NCBI GenBank assembly: GCA_964016885.1
Contig: OZ024742.1
Span: 16,368,001-16,432,000 of the forward strand
DNA: 64,000 nucleotides
Source of the DNA: Eledone cirrhosa
Lineage: Eukaryota
Reading direction: 5' to 3'
Of this stretch, positions 14,367-28,002 are shown piece by piece (position 1 is the stretch's first letter; each line of letters opens with the position of its first letter). A program made the translations under genes and the position numbers. Under the pieces are notes generated by a model. The model worked only from the letters and a program-made list of their open reading frames with translations, searched no databases and had not been told where the DNA came from.

Positions 14367-14409
14367 AATGTATACACATATATACACATATATACACACA
14401 TATATATAT

Positions 14410-14462
<53 letters not shown>

Positions 14463-14516
14463 TATATATATATGTACACACATATATATATACACGCATA
14501 TACATATATATATATA
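13790..14516. repeat. Compound (CA/TA)n microsatellite
   Basis: Direct inspection; one of many such tracts. Confidence 0.9.
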
Positions 14517-15148
14517 TGAAAGACGTAAAATAGGAAAATTTTAAAATTAACTTACTAAAATTTTCACTCCATCTAATTAGTTTCTGTAAGGGAATAAATA
14601 TAGTTACGCAAACAACCATAGAGAAATCCTTACGTCATCAGGGAGTCTATTCTCAGCTAAGTTCCCAGGCAATGCGCGGACACTAGGAACCCATATAAAA
14701 ATAATAATTCAGTGGATGAAAAAAGCGAGCGGGGACTAGATTCCAGGGCACTGAAATATTCACTGACTACTTGGTCAGTGGCAAATTCTAAAGAATCAAT
14801 CACGTGACACTGAGGTTAATCAGTGAGAAGTGGAGTGGTAATAGGACAAGAGCCTACCTACTACCATGAACCATAGCAGTAAATTTCGGCAAGTTTTGCT
14901 CAACAAATAATTTGGAGAGAAATATAGAGAATTAGTATATCTACAACATATATATACAGATGTATACCTATGCTAGCAAATATATATGTCATGTCTTAGT
15001 ACCTTTGTGGTTCTATGCAAGAGGATGCAGAACAATTATATGAAAGACGTAAAATAAGAAAATTTTAAAATTAACTTACTTACTAACTTACGTAACTATA
15101 TTTATTCCCTTACAGAAACTAATTAGTTGGAGTGAACATTTTAGTAAG
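14517..15148 (-). mobile_element. ORF-less ~520-bp HHR-like unit (family shared with 27261-27976) with partial tandem repeat and inverted end
   Basis: 14517-14560 repeated at 15040-15085; 15088-15148 inverts 14550-14610; CTGATGA present but GAAA mutated to GTAA. Confidence 0.65.
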
Positions 15149-15169
15149 AGGTAGAGGGGCTAAAAGGAG

Positions 15170-15865
15170 GAAGTCGTTTTTAGCCATCGTGCATTAACAT
15201 TGGCTTAAGGTATTTCAAAGTTGCAAAGTTCTTGTGCATGCAGTTCGGGCAGTGTTCAGAAAGTTTCTTCAGTAGCGGCCCTTGGCGAATAAAATTTCAT
15301 AGCTCTCTGAGATACAAAGGTCGAAGCCCTTGTGTCTCAGAGTTTTAAGAGCGCGCTTTCTGGAGTATTTTCCATTTAAGCGTGAAGGGGGTGAAGTTCC
15401 TTTTGAGCTCCCAAACATAGGAGGCGAGTGTTGTCTGGTTTGATTTGTCCGGTCTTCTGAAGGAGTGGGTATGGACATACCAACGGGTCTTAAAGTTATT
15501 GGAAGTCATGCCGATGTAAGTCTTTTTGTTATTGCAATCATCGGTGCCTGAGATGACATTGCATTTGTATACGATATCATTTGTCAGGCATTTGTTTTCA
15601 AGCGGGCAGGCTTCCTTATTTAGGGAATTACACAAGGCCCCAGTCCTGAGATTGGGTTCGGAGGTGGTTGGCTTATTTAATTTTTTAGAATTGTGGTTGG
15701 CTAATTCCTAGCTAGGTTAGGTGTGATGGAGTAGGAGAATATTATTGTTCTTATTAAAGATGGTGTAGTACCTATGTTGTATGGGGAAGTGTGTTTTCAG
15801 CAAAGTGAAGAAAATCCTAGCTATCGGTGTAGAGATCTCTCTATTCAAGGGAGGGTTGTACCTAT
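15170..15865 (-). pseudogene. Degenerate Naiad-type GIY-YIG fragment
   Basis: CNSLNKEACPLENKCL..IVYKC..YIGMTSNNFKTRWY.H, with frameshifted DLCISE and CPNCMH. Confidence 0.85.
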
Positions 15866-15919
15866 CTGCATTTTCCTCTTACCTATCTGCATTTTCTGCC
15901 TGTAGAGGTGTTTTTATGT

Positions 15920-15992
15920 GCCTGTGTATATGCGTATATTTATGAGTACTTATTTGTATATCTATAGATATGTATATGTGTTTATATGTATG

Positions 15993-16053
<61 letters not shown>

Positions 16054-16198
16054 GTATATATATATATATGTGTGTATATGTGTGTGTATATATATATATG
16101 TCTGTGTGTGTGTATATATATATGTGTATATGTATGTATGTGTGTATGTGTGTATGTGTATATATATATATGTATATATATATATATGAGTGTGTGTA

Positions 16199-16229
<31 letters not shown>

Positions 16230-16341
16230 GTGTATGTGTATGTATATGTGTGTAAGTATATGTGTGTATGTGTATGTATGTGTATATGTGTATGTGTGTA
16301 TGTATGCATGTATACATGTATATATCTGTGTATGTATTTAT

Positions 16342-16398
<57 letters not shown>

Positions 16399-16677
16399 TG
16401 TGTATATATGTGTGTATATATATATGTATATGTGTGTATATGTATGTATATGTATATATATATCGGCGAGGAATTAGTTTTGCGAGGTTTGTTATAGGAA
16501 ATCGTGTGTCGAAACAAATATTGTTATACTTGGGGAGGGTCATATTTGTGTAATATTGCCAGAATTAATAATTAATTTCGAGAAGCGAAAAACAACCAAA
16601 CAGTGAGTGTGTTCTGTTATTAATTCTGGCAATATTACACAAATATGACCCTCCCCAAGTATAACTATGTATATATC

Positions 16678-16716
<39 letters not shown>

Positions 16717-16743
16717 ATATGTATATATATATATATATATGTT

Positions 16744-16786
<43 letters not shown>

Positions 16787-16811
16787 ATATGTATGTATGT
16801 GTGTATGTGTG

Positions 16812-16854
<43 letters not shown>

Positions 16855-16915
16855 ATGTGTATGTGTATGTGTATGTATGTGTATGTATGTATATATGTAT
16901 ATATCTGTGTATGTA

Positions 16916-16970
<55 letters not shown>
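15920..16970. repeat. Compound (TA/TG)n microsatellite with embedded fold-back PLE tail (16462-16665)
   Basis: Tail is an inverted pair of ATGACCCTCCCCAAGTATAAC-containing segments. Confidence 0.85.
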
Positions 16971-16979
<9 letters not shown>

Positions 16980-17940
16980 TAAACAAATAATGAACAAACA
17001 ATTCCTTATATTAAACAAAAAAAGTTCACTATTTAACGATCGTTTCTAGGGCATATATGTGTTATAATTGGTATGCATATTTAACAGATCTATGTACAAA
17101 ATTATACAAAATTATACAAATTATCAAGATTAAATATACATACCTAACTCATATATACGCCGTCTTCAGAAATAATGAAGTATATTTATTGATAATAACA
17201 ACAATTCAAAATATCAGTTCAAAATTGACCAATGAAAACACAAAGGGTTAAAAGCAGTTTGGTGTGTGTATATACATGCAAAAACCTTACACATATTTTA
17301 CAATAATGTGTGTATAATTTGTATGTGTATACTAAAAAGATGGATGCAAACACAAAATTTCAAGGTTAATATCTCTGTAAGCTTAATGCGCTGATAAGAT
17401 ACGCAAAGATACTTATGGAGTCAAGCATATAAATATATTTTTTTCATACTCACACATATCAGTATAATCACACATACATGTGCGTATATGCATAAATATA
17501 CACATAACCACGAACATACAAACACACACACTCCCCCACTCACATTTATATATGTGGATATAAAATCATAAGCAAATAGAAATTAAGTCACTCACATAAA
17601 AACACTGGTACACACATTTCAAGATCAAGATACAGAAATTAGGTGGGAGGGGGGGGGAGGGGTCAGTATTAGATTGTCAGACCAGACAGCCTAATATAAA
17701 TGTATCTATAAATTAAAAAAAATAAAAAAATAAAACAATAAAATATAATAAATGTACATACACATACGGATATACATACACATACATACATGTACGCGCA
17801 CATAGAGATATCTACACATACATACATACACACATACCTATACTGTCATACACACACATACATTTACACGAACATACACATACACATATAAAAAGATATA
17901 AATACACACACACTCACGCGCAACACATACACACATACAC

Positions 17941-17991
<51 letters not shown>

Positions 17992-18088
17992 TAGACTCAT
18001 ATATATATATACATACATATACACATATATATACAAACATATATATCCCCACACTCATACCACCATAAATATACATACAAACACCCAC

Positions 18089-18122
<34 letters not shown>

Positions 18123-18210
18123 ACATACACACACGTACACATATATATATACATATACACATATATACACATACATATATATATATACACACACATAAAA
18201 AACAGACATG

Positions 18211-18241
<31 letters not shown>

Positions 18242-18499
18242 TTCATTACTCTTATATATACACATAGTATATATACATACACAACCTCACTTATACACAT
18301 ATACACATAAGTTATATTACAATAATAATAAAGAATAATATATATATATATATATACATATATACACACATATACATATATACATATACATATATATATA
18401 CACACACATACATACACATACATACATACACCTAAACATATACATACATAAAAACACACATACGAATAAAGACATATATTCACACATAGACACCTATAT

Positions 18500-18537
<38 letters not shown>

Positions 18538-20838
18538 ATATATATACACATACATACATATACATATATACATATATATATACACATACACACACACACA
18601 CACACACAGACACACATACACACTCACATATACATATATATATATATGTGTATGTGAGTGTGCGCAAATACATATATATATACACACACACATACAAACA
18701 CACACAAACACATACATATGCATATATGCACACACACATATATCACATAGATACGAAGATAAACATATAAATAGAGAGACATACAAATATATACAGAACC
18801 CATATACACATACATACAACCACGCATATACATATACATACATATATACACATATATATATTCCTATATACAAGCATACACATACATACACATATATACA
18901 TATACATACACATATACATACCACACATTCACATACACATACATATATAATACATATATATACATATATATACATACATATGTATGTACAATCATATATA
19001 CACACTCAATCTTACATTCATATTTACATGCTCATATATGTATTTTTATATTTAGAAATAAATACCAAAACCTATATAGACACCCACCTACACATATATT
19101 CATACATATACTCTTACAAAAACAGATGATAATAGTATGGGGGAAAGGGGGGGTTTGGAGAAGGGGATCAAAGTAAATATATGTTTCAAGAAACATATAA
19201 TATTTTCCGTATCTTAATTCAATGTATGTTCTTACATATTTTCAGTGCTAGGAAATACGAAATCTATGCATCCCAAAATAAAAAAGTATACCATTAATCA
19301 TATGTTAACTAAACCAAAGATAGTCAACATATTGATTTCCAAGGTGTAAATTAGTTAGGTTTATAATATTTGAAGCAGAATTATGAAGTCAAACAGTAGT
19401 AGATTATTAATTACATTATAACTAAATTAAAGTTAATAACGTTATGGTATCAATATTAGGAGATGAATTTAGTAATAGGGAAAAGAAACCCAAATAAAAA
19501 TAAAATAAATTATTACATCGGTAGTAGCATATAAATTATATGTTAACTAAATTAAAAATTATATATTTATTTCAATAGTATACGTTAATTAGTATATGTT
19601 AATTAGGTATACAATACATAAAGCAGATATTGTATTTCATCAATAGCATAATATAATTATATGCAAATAAAAATCAAAATTAATACGCATACATATACAT
19701 ATACATACACATACACATACATATACATATACACACATATATATACATATATACATATATATACACATACATACATATATAGTCACATAAATATACATAC
19801 AGATACACATACAATACACACATATACATATACATATAGATATACATATCTTTTTCAAAAAATTGCACAGAATATATTAACTAGGTATATATCCAAAACA
19901 CATCCCATTCTATGATTACATGACATTCTGCAATTCGTCTGTACAAGGATACTAATTTTAAGCAAATTAAAATTAAAGTTTTAGGTTGATTAAAACTAAA
20001 ACCAAATAATAAATATATTTCCAAAATGTATATTAATTAGGTCTATAATACTAAAAATTCTTTCTCCGTCATAGGATACATGATATTATTTTGTTATATT
20101 TTATCTGTAAAAGAATTATAATAAAAAATAAAAAAAAAAAAAAAAAAAAAAAATTATAATAAAAGGTTAAAATAAATTAAAATTAATCTATAAATTAAAT
20201 TACTGAGTATATATTAGTAATATTTAAAGGTTTTTCAAAATTTATGATTACATAATATTTTCTCATCTGTAATAAAATATTAATAAAATTAAATTTATAG
20301 GTTAACTAACATTTAAATTAAATTAAATTCTAGAATAATGTTATTAATTAGGTTTATAATATTTAAATGTTTTTTTTAGTTTATGATTACACGATATAAT
20401 TAATTCCTGTCTTTTATTTAATAAGATATCCCTAGACTTCATTATTTCAAATAGTTCTTGGGAACATAATCTACATTCCTTTCTATTATTTTGATAAGGG
20501 GTGGCTCTTTTGAGCACACTCCAGGTCAAATCATATTTTATATTTTTATTTTTATAACTATTGATTTTTTCTGCTAGAGATGTTGTATTAGCCAGTGCGG
20601 CATTTTTAAAGCTATGTTTGTGGGTATTATACCTTGTCTTAAAATTGTTAGAGGTAGCTCCTATATATGAGCAAATAGAATCTTTAGTTTTAACATTACA
20701 TTTATAGACTATGTTGTTAACAAGACAATTCCCTTTTAATGGGCAGTTTGTTTTGTTTCTACAGTTACATCCTTTCGTTAATTCTGTATTTGAGGAGATA
20801 TTATTGTTAATTTGATGTACTGGTGGTATACTTATGGT
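16971..20838 (-). mobile_element. Left (inverted) arm of a Naiad-type PLE
   Basis: Near-perfect reverse complement of 21342-25206. Confidence 0.9.
17027..17177 (-). ncRNA. Hammerhead ribozyme with long stem II (mirror of 25000-25150)
   Basis: Exact reverse complement of the 25000-25150 motif. Confidence 0.72.
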
Positions 20839-21836
20839 GGCATAATATTACCAACAAACACCAAATGAAAAGTACACACCTAAATGCCACCCACAGTATA
20901 CCCCAAAATACTAAATCTTCTAATATAAAGTATAGTAACCCTCAAAAAACTACTCATCATACGACTATAATAAATATTAATAATAAAACTCCTAATAAAA
21001 AAGATAAAACACCTAAATCTACAAATATAACTAAAAATAGTTGTGGTGAGATCATTAACATTAATCCTCCTAGTAAAAATCATGATACAACATATAAAAA
21101 TAATAAAAATAATAAACAACATAGAAACCGTAATAGACGAGTTACTTGGTATAATGCTCCTTTTAATTTACAAGTTAAGGATAATATTGCTAAAAAATTT
21201 TTTTATATCCTTGAGAAAAACTTCCCGCCAAACCACAAATACCATCAAATCTTAAATAGGTCTACAGTTAAATTCTCATACTCTACAACAAATAACATAA
21301 AACAAAATATAAGTGCATATAATGCATATAAATGTAAGAAAACCATAAGTATACCACCAGTACATCAAATTAACAATAATATCTCCTCAAATACAGAATT
21401 AACGAAAGGATGTAACTGTAGAAACAAAACAAACTGCCCATTAAAAGGGAATTGTCTTGTTAACAACATAGTCTATAAATGTAATGTTAAAACTAAAGAT
21501 TCTATTTGCTCATATATAGGAGCTACCTCTAACAATTTTAAGACAAGGTATAATACCCACAAACATAGCTTTAAAAATGCCGCACTGGCTAATACAACAT
21601 CTCTAGCAGAAAAAATCAATAGTTATAAAAATAAAAATATAAAATATGATTTGACCTGGAGTGTGCTCAAAAGAGCCACCCCTTATCAAAATAATAGAAA
21701 GGAATGTAGATTATGTTCCCAAGAACTATTTGAAATAATGAAGTCTAGGGATATCTTATTAAATAAAAGACAGGAATTAATTATATCGTGTAATCATAAA
21801 CTAAAAAAAACATTTAAATATTATAAACCTAATTAA
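20839..21836 (+). pseudogene. Naiad-type linker plus GIY-YIG endonuclease (no RT)
   Basis: WYNAPFN, FPPNHKYHQILNR, CNCRNKTNCPLKGNC, IVYKC, YIGAT, CRLCSQE, LNKRQE..SCNH; first codons of the listed ORF come from the inverted arm. Confidence 0.9.
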
Positions 21837-23638
21837 TAACATTATTCTAGAATTTAATTTAATTTAAATGTTAGTTAACCTATAAATTTAATTTTATTAA
21901 TATTTTATTACAGATGAGAAAATATTATGTAATCATAAATTTTGAAAAACCTTTAAATATTACTAATATATACTCAGTAATTTAATTTATAGATTAATTT
22001 TAATTTATTTTAACCTTTTATTATAATTTTTTTTTTTTTTTTTTTTTTTATTATAATTCTTTTACAGATAAAATATAACAAAATAATATCATGTATCCTA
22101 TGACGGAGAAAGAATTTTTAGTATTATAGACCTAATTAATATACATTTTGGAAATATATTTATTATTTGGTTTTAGTTTTAATCAACCTAAAACTTTAAT
22201 TTTAATTTGCTTAAAATTAGTATCCTTGTACAGACGAATTGCAGAATGTCATGTAATCATAGAATGGGATGTGTTTTGGATATATACCTAGTTAATATAT
22301 TCTGTGCAATTTTTTGAAAAAGATATGTATATCTATATGTATATGTATATGTGTGTATTGTATGTGTATCTGTATGTATATTTATGTGACTATATATGTA
22401 TGTATGTGTATATATATGTATATATGTATATATATGTGTGTATATGTATATGTATGTGTATGTGTATGTATATGTATATGTATGCGTATTAATTTTGATT
22501 TTTATTTGCATATAATTATATTATGCTATTGATGAAATACAATATCTGCTTTATGTATTGTATACCTAATTAACATATACTAATTAACGTATACTATTGA
22601 AATAAATATATAATTTTTAATTTAGTTAACATATAATTTATATGCTACTACCGATGTAATAATTTATTTTATTTTTATTTGGGTTTCTTTTCCCTATTAC
22701 TAAATTCATCTCCTAATATTGATACCATAACGTTATTAACTTTAATTTAGTTATAATGTAATTAATAATCTACTACTGTTTGACTTCATAATTCTGCTTC
22801 AAATATTATAAACCTAACTAATTTACACCTTGGAAATCAATATGTTGACTATCTTTGGTTTAGTTAACATATGATTAATGGTATACTTTTTTATTTTGGG
22901 ATGCATAGATTTCGTATTTCCTAGCACTGAAAATATGTAAGAACATACATTGAATTAAGATACGGAAAATATTATATGTTTCTTGAAACATATATTTACT
23001 TTGATCCCCTTCTCCAAACCCCCCCTTTCCCCCATACTATTATCATCTGTTTTTGTAAGAGTATATGTATGAATATATGTGTAGGTGGGTGTCTATATAG
23101 GTTTTGGTATTTATTTCTAAATATAAAAATACATATATGAGCATGTAAATATGAATGTAAGATTGAGTGTGTATATATGATTGTACATACATATGTATGT
23201 ATATATATGTATATATATGTATTATATATGTATGTGTATGTGAATGTGTGGTATGTATATGTGTATGTATATGTATATATGTGTATGTATGTGTATGCTT
23301 GTATATAGGAATATATATATGTGTATATATGTATGTATATGTATATGCGTGGTTGTATGTATGTGTATATGGGTTCTGTATATATTTGTATGTCTCTCTA
23401 TTTATATGTTTATCTTCGTATCTATGTGATATATGTGTGTGTGTGTGCATATATGCATATGTATGTGTTTGTGTGTGTTTGTATGTGTGTGTGTATATAT
23501 ATATGTATTTGCGCACACTCACATACACATATATATATATATGTATATGTGAGTGTGTATGTGTGTCTGTGTGTGTGTGTGTGTGTGTATGTGTATATAT
23601 ATATGTATATATGTATATGTATGTATGTGTATATATAT

Positions 23639-23674
<36 letters not shown>

Positions 23675-23932
23675 ATATAGGTGTCTATGTGTGAATATAT
23701 GTCTTTATTCGTATGTGTGTTTTTATGTATGTATATGTTTAGGTGTATGTATGTATGTGTATGTATGTGTGTGTATATATATATGTATATGTATATATGT
23801 ATATGTGTGTATATATGTATATATATATATATATATTATTCTTTATTATTATTGTAATATAACTTATGTGTATATGTGTATAAGTGAGGTTGTGTATGTA
23901 TATATACTATGTGTATATATAAGAGTAATGAA

Positions 23933-23963
<31 letters not shown>

Positions 23964-24051
23964 CATGTCTGTTTTTTATGTGTGTGTATATATATATATG
24001 TATGTGTATATATGTGTATATGTATATATATATGTGTACGTGTGTGTATGT

Positions 24052-24085
<34 letters not shown>

Positions 24086-24182
24086 GTGGGTGTTTGTATG
24101 TATATTTATGGTGGTATGAGTGTGGGGATATATATGTTTGTATATATATGTGTATATGTATGTATATATATATATGAGTCTA

Positions 24183-24233
<51 letters not shown>

Positions 24234-24999
24234 GTGTATGTGTGTATGTGTTGCGCGTGAGTGTGTGTGTATTTATATCTTTTTATATGTGTATGTGTAT
24301 GTTCGTGTAAATGTATGTGTGTGTATGACAGTATAGGTATGTGTGTATGTATGTATGTGTAGATATCTCTATGTGCGCGTACATGTATGTATGTGTATGT
24401 ATATCCGTATGTGTATGTACATTTATTATATTTTATTGTTTTATTTTTTTATTTTTTTTAATTTATAGATACATTTATATTAGGCTGTCTGGTCTGACAA
24501 TCTAATACTGACCCCTCCCCCCCCCCCCTCCCACCTAATTTCTGTATCTTGATCTTGAAATGTGTGTACCAGTGTTTTTATGTGAGTGACTTAATTTCTA
24601 TTTGCTTATGATTTTATATCCACATATATAAATGTGAGTGGGGGAGTGTGTGTGTTTGTATGTTCGTGGTTATGTGTATATTTATGCATATACGCACATG
24701 TATGTGTGATTATACTGATATGTGTGAGTATGAAAAAAATATATTTATATGCTTGACTCCATAAGTATCTTTGCGTATCTTATCAGCGCATTAAGCTTAC
24801 AGAGATATTAACCTTGAAATTTTGTGTTTGCATCCATCTTTTTAGTATACACATACAAATTATACACACATTATTGTAAAATATGTGTAAGGTTTTTGCA
24901 TGTATATACACACACCAAACTGCTTTTAACCCTTTGTGTTTTCATTGGTCAATTTTGAACTGATATTTTGAATTGTTGTTATTATCAATAAATATACTT

Positions 25000-25150
25000 C
25001 ATTATTTCTGAAGACGGCGTATATATGAGTTAGGTATGTATATTTAATCTTGATAATTTGTATAATTTTGTATAATTTTGTACATAGATCTGTTAAATAT
25101 GCATACCAATTATAACACATATATGCCCTAGAAACGATCGTTAAATAGTG
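25000..25150 (+). ncRNA. Type I hammerhead ribozyme with ~115-nt stem II domain
   Basis: CATTATTT-CTGAAGA(25008)-CGGCGTATAT..ATATATGCCCTA-GAAA(25131)-CGATCG-TT-AAATAGTG; 8-bp stem I, palindromic GATC loop. Confidence 0.75.
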
Positions 25151-25337
25151 AACTTTTTTTGTTTAATATAAGGAATTGTTTGTTCATTATTTGTTTAATA
25201 TTTTATCTTGACTCTGTATACCGTTTATCTTTCACCGAAAGTGGATTTTCATTACATCTCTTCTTTCCATGATATCCGGAATACATTGAGTTCTTCATAC
25301 GGATTGGACACTACCGTAAACTCTTGGTAGATTTATC

Positions 25338-25340
<3 letters not shown>

Positions 25341-25392
<52 letters not shown>

Positions 25393-25463
25393 ATATGTGT
25401 GTATATATATATGTATATGTATTTATTTATATATGTGAATGTTTGTGTATATATGTGTGTATA

Positions 25464-25516
<53 letters not shown>

Positions 25517-25611
25517 ATATATATATGTATATGTGTGTATATATTTGTATATGAATATATATATATATATATGTGTGTGTGTATATATGTATATATATGT
25601 GTATACATTTG

Positions 25612-25646
<35 letters not shown>

Positions 25647-25702
25647 GTATGTGTATATATGTATGGTATATGTATGTATGTATGTGTGTATGTCTGTGTA
25701 TG

Positions 25703-25734
<32 letters not shown>

Positions 25735-25858
25735 TATGTGTGTGTATATATGCATACGTGTATATGTGTGTATATGTATATATATATGTGTGTATATATA
25801 TATGTGTGTATGTATGTATATGTATGTATGTGTGTATGTGTGCATATGTATATATATA

Positions 25859-25889
<31 letters not shown>

Positions 25890-25937
25890 GTATATGTATA
25901 TATGTGTATGTATATGTATATATATGTATATATATAT

Positions 25938-26016
<79 letters not shown>

Positions 26017-26295
26017 TGTGTATATATGTGTGTATATATATATGTATATGTGTGTATATGTATGTATATGTATATATATATCGGCGAGGAATTAGTTTTG
26101 CGAGGTTTGTTATAGGAAATCGTGTGTCGAAACAAATATTGTTATACTTGGGGAGGGTCATATTTGTGTAATATTGCCAGAATTAATAATTAATTTCGAG
26201 AAGCGAAAAACAACCAAACAGTGAGTGTGTTCTGTTATTAATTCTGGCAATATTACACAAATATGACCCTCCCCAAGTATAACTATGTATATATC

Positions 26296-26346
<51 letters not shown>

Positions 26347-26373
26347 ATATGTATATATATATATATATATGTT

Positions 26374-26416
<43 letters not shown>

Positions 26417-26441
26417 ATATGTATGTATGTGTGTATGTGTG

Positions 26442-26500
<59 letters not shown>

Positions 26501-26571
26501 ATGTGTATGTGTATGTGTATGTATGTGTATGTATGTATATATGTATATATCTGTGTATGTATTTATTTATT

Positions 26572-26630
<59 letters not shown>

Positions 26631-26701
26631 ATATGTGTGTATATATATATGTATATGTATTTATTTATATATGTGAATGTTTGTGTATATATGTGTGTAT
26701 A

Positions 26702-26754
<53 letters not shown>

Positions 26755-26849
26755 ATATATATATGTATATGTGTGTATATATTTGTATATGAATATATAT
26801 ATATATATATGTGTGTGTGTATATATGTATATATATGTGTATACATTTG

Positions 26850-26884
<35 letters not shown>

Positions 26885-26940
26885 GTATGTGTATATATGT
26901 ATGGTATATGTATGTATGTATGTGTGTATGTCTGTGTATG

Positions 26941-26997
<57 letters not shown>

Positions 26998-27110
26998 ATA
27001 TATGCATACGTGTATATGTGTATATATGTATATATATATGTGTGTATATATATATGTGTGTATGTATGTATATGTATGTATGTGTGTATGTGTGCATATG
27101 TATATATATA

Positions 27111-27141
<31 letters not shown>

Positions 27142-27189
27142 GTATATGTATATATGTGTATGTATATGTATATATATGTATATATATAT

Positions 27190-27260
<71 letters not shown>
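25341..27260. repeat. Compound (TA/TG)n microsatellite with internal duplications and an embedded fold-back PLE tail (26080-26285)
   Basis: About 25387-25990 repeats at 26626-27260; about 26015-26625 duplicates 16397-16970. Confidence 0.8.
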
Positions 27261-27267
<7 letters not shown>

Positions 27268-27976
27268 CGTAAAATCAGAAAATTATATAATTAACTTACT
27301 TACTAAAATTTCACTCCAACTAATTAGTTTCTGAAAGGGAATAAACATAGTTTCCGAAAAAACGTACGGAAAAGCCTTTCGTCATCAGGGAAGTCTATTC
27401 TCAGCTAAGTTTCCAGGCAATACGTGGACGCAGGGAACTTATACACAAATAATTCAGTGGATGGAAAAAAGCAAAGCTTGGACTAAATTCCAAGCCATTG
27501 AAAAAATCACTGCCTACTGCGTCGGTGGCAAATTCAAAAGAATCAATCACGTGACATCGAGGTCAATCAGTGAAGAATGGTTTGTTAAGAAGACAGCAGC
27601 CGGACTGTTACTATAGTAGCAGTTTTGGCCAATTTTTGCTCGACAAAATAATTTGGAGATAATTATAAAGAATTAGTATATCTAGTAACATATATATACA
27701 CAGATGCATACTTATGCTAGCAAATATATAGGTTTTGTTTTAGTAACTTTGTGGTTCAATGCATGGGGATGCAAAACAATAATATGAGAGACGTAAAATA
27801 AGAAAATTATAAAATTAACTTACTTACTAAAATTTCACTCCAACTAATTATTTTCTGAAAGGGAATAAACATAGTTTCCGAAAAAACGTACGGAGAAGCC
27901 TTTCGTCATCAGGGAAGTCTATTCTCAGCTAATTTTCCAGGCAATACGTGGACACAGGGAACTTATACAAAAATAA
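27261..27976 (-). mobile_element. 1.4 tandem copies of an ORF-less 524-bp unit, each with an HHR-like motif (retrozyme-like)
   Basis: 27261-27450 repeated at 27785-27976. Minus strand CTGATGA-CGAAAGG..TTTTTCG-GAAA-CTATG-TT occurs at 27339-27400 and 27863-27924, 524 nt apart. Flanked by (TA)n. Confidence 0.72.
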
Positions 27977-28002
27977 TATATATATATATATATATATATA
28001 TG

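Larger units (their letters stand above)
20839..25340 (+). mobile_element. 5'-truncated Naiad-type PLE with ~3.5-kb microsatellite-filled 3' region ending in an HHR-bearing pLTR
   Basis: GIY-YIG ORF ends at 21836, HHR at 25000-25150, tail to 25340, then (TA)n. Confidence 0.85.

Noticed and set aside
21910-21950. SECIS-like ATGA..AA..GA hairpin after the Naiad ORF
   Set aside because: AT-rich, bulged stem with a 4-nt loop, and the preserved Naiad ORFs use normal Cys codons with no in-frame TGA.
13590-27334. Dozens of long ORFs rich in YI/CV/HT
   Set aside because: Translations of (TA)n, (TG)n and (CA)n microsatellites, which lack stop codons; no coding signal.
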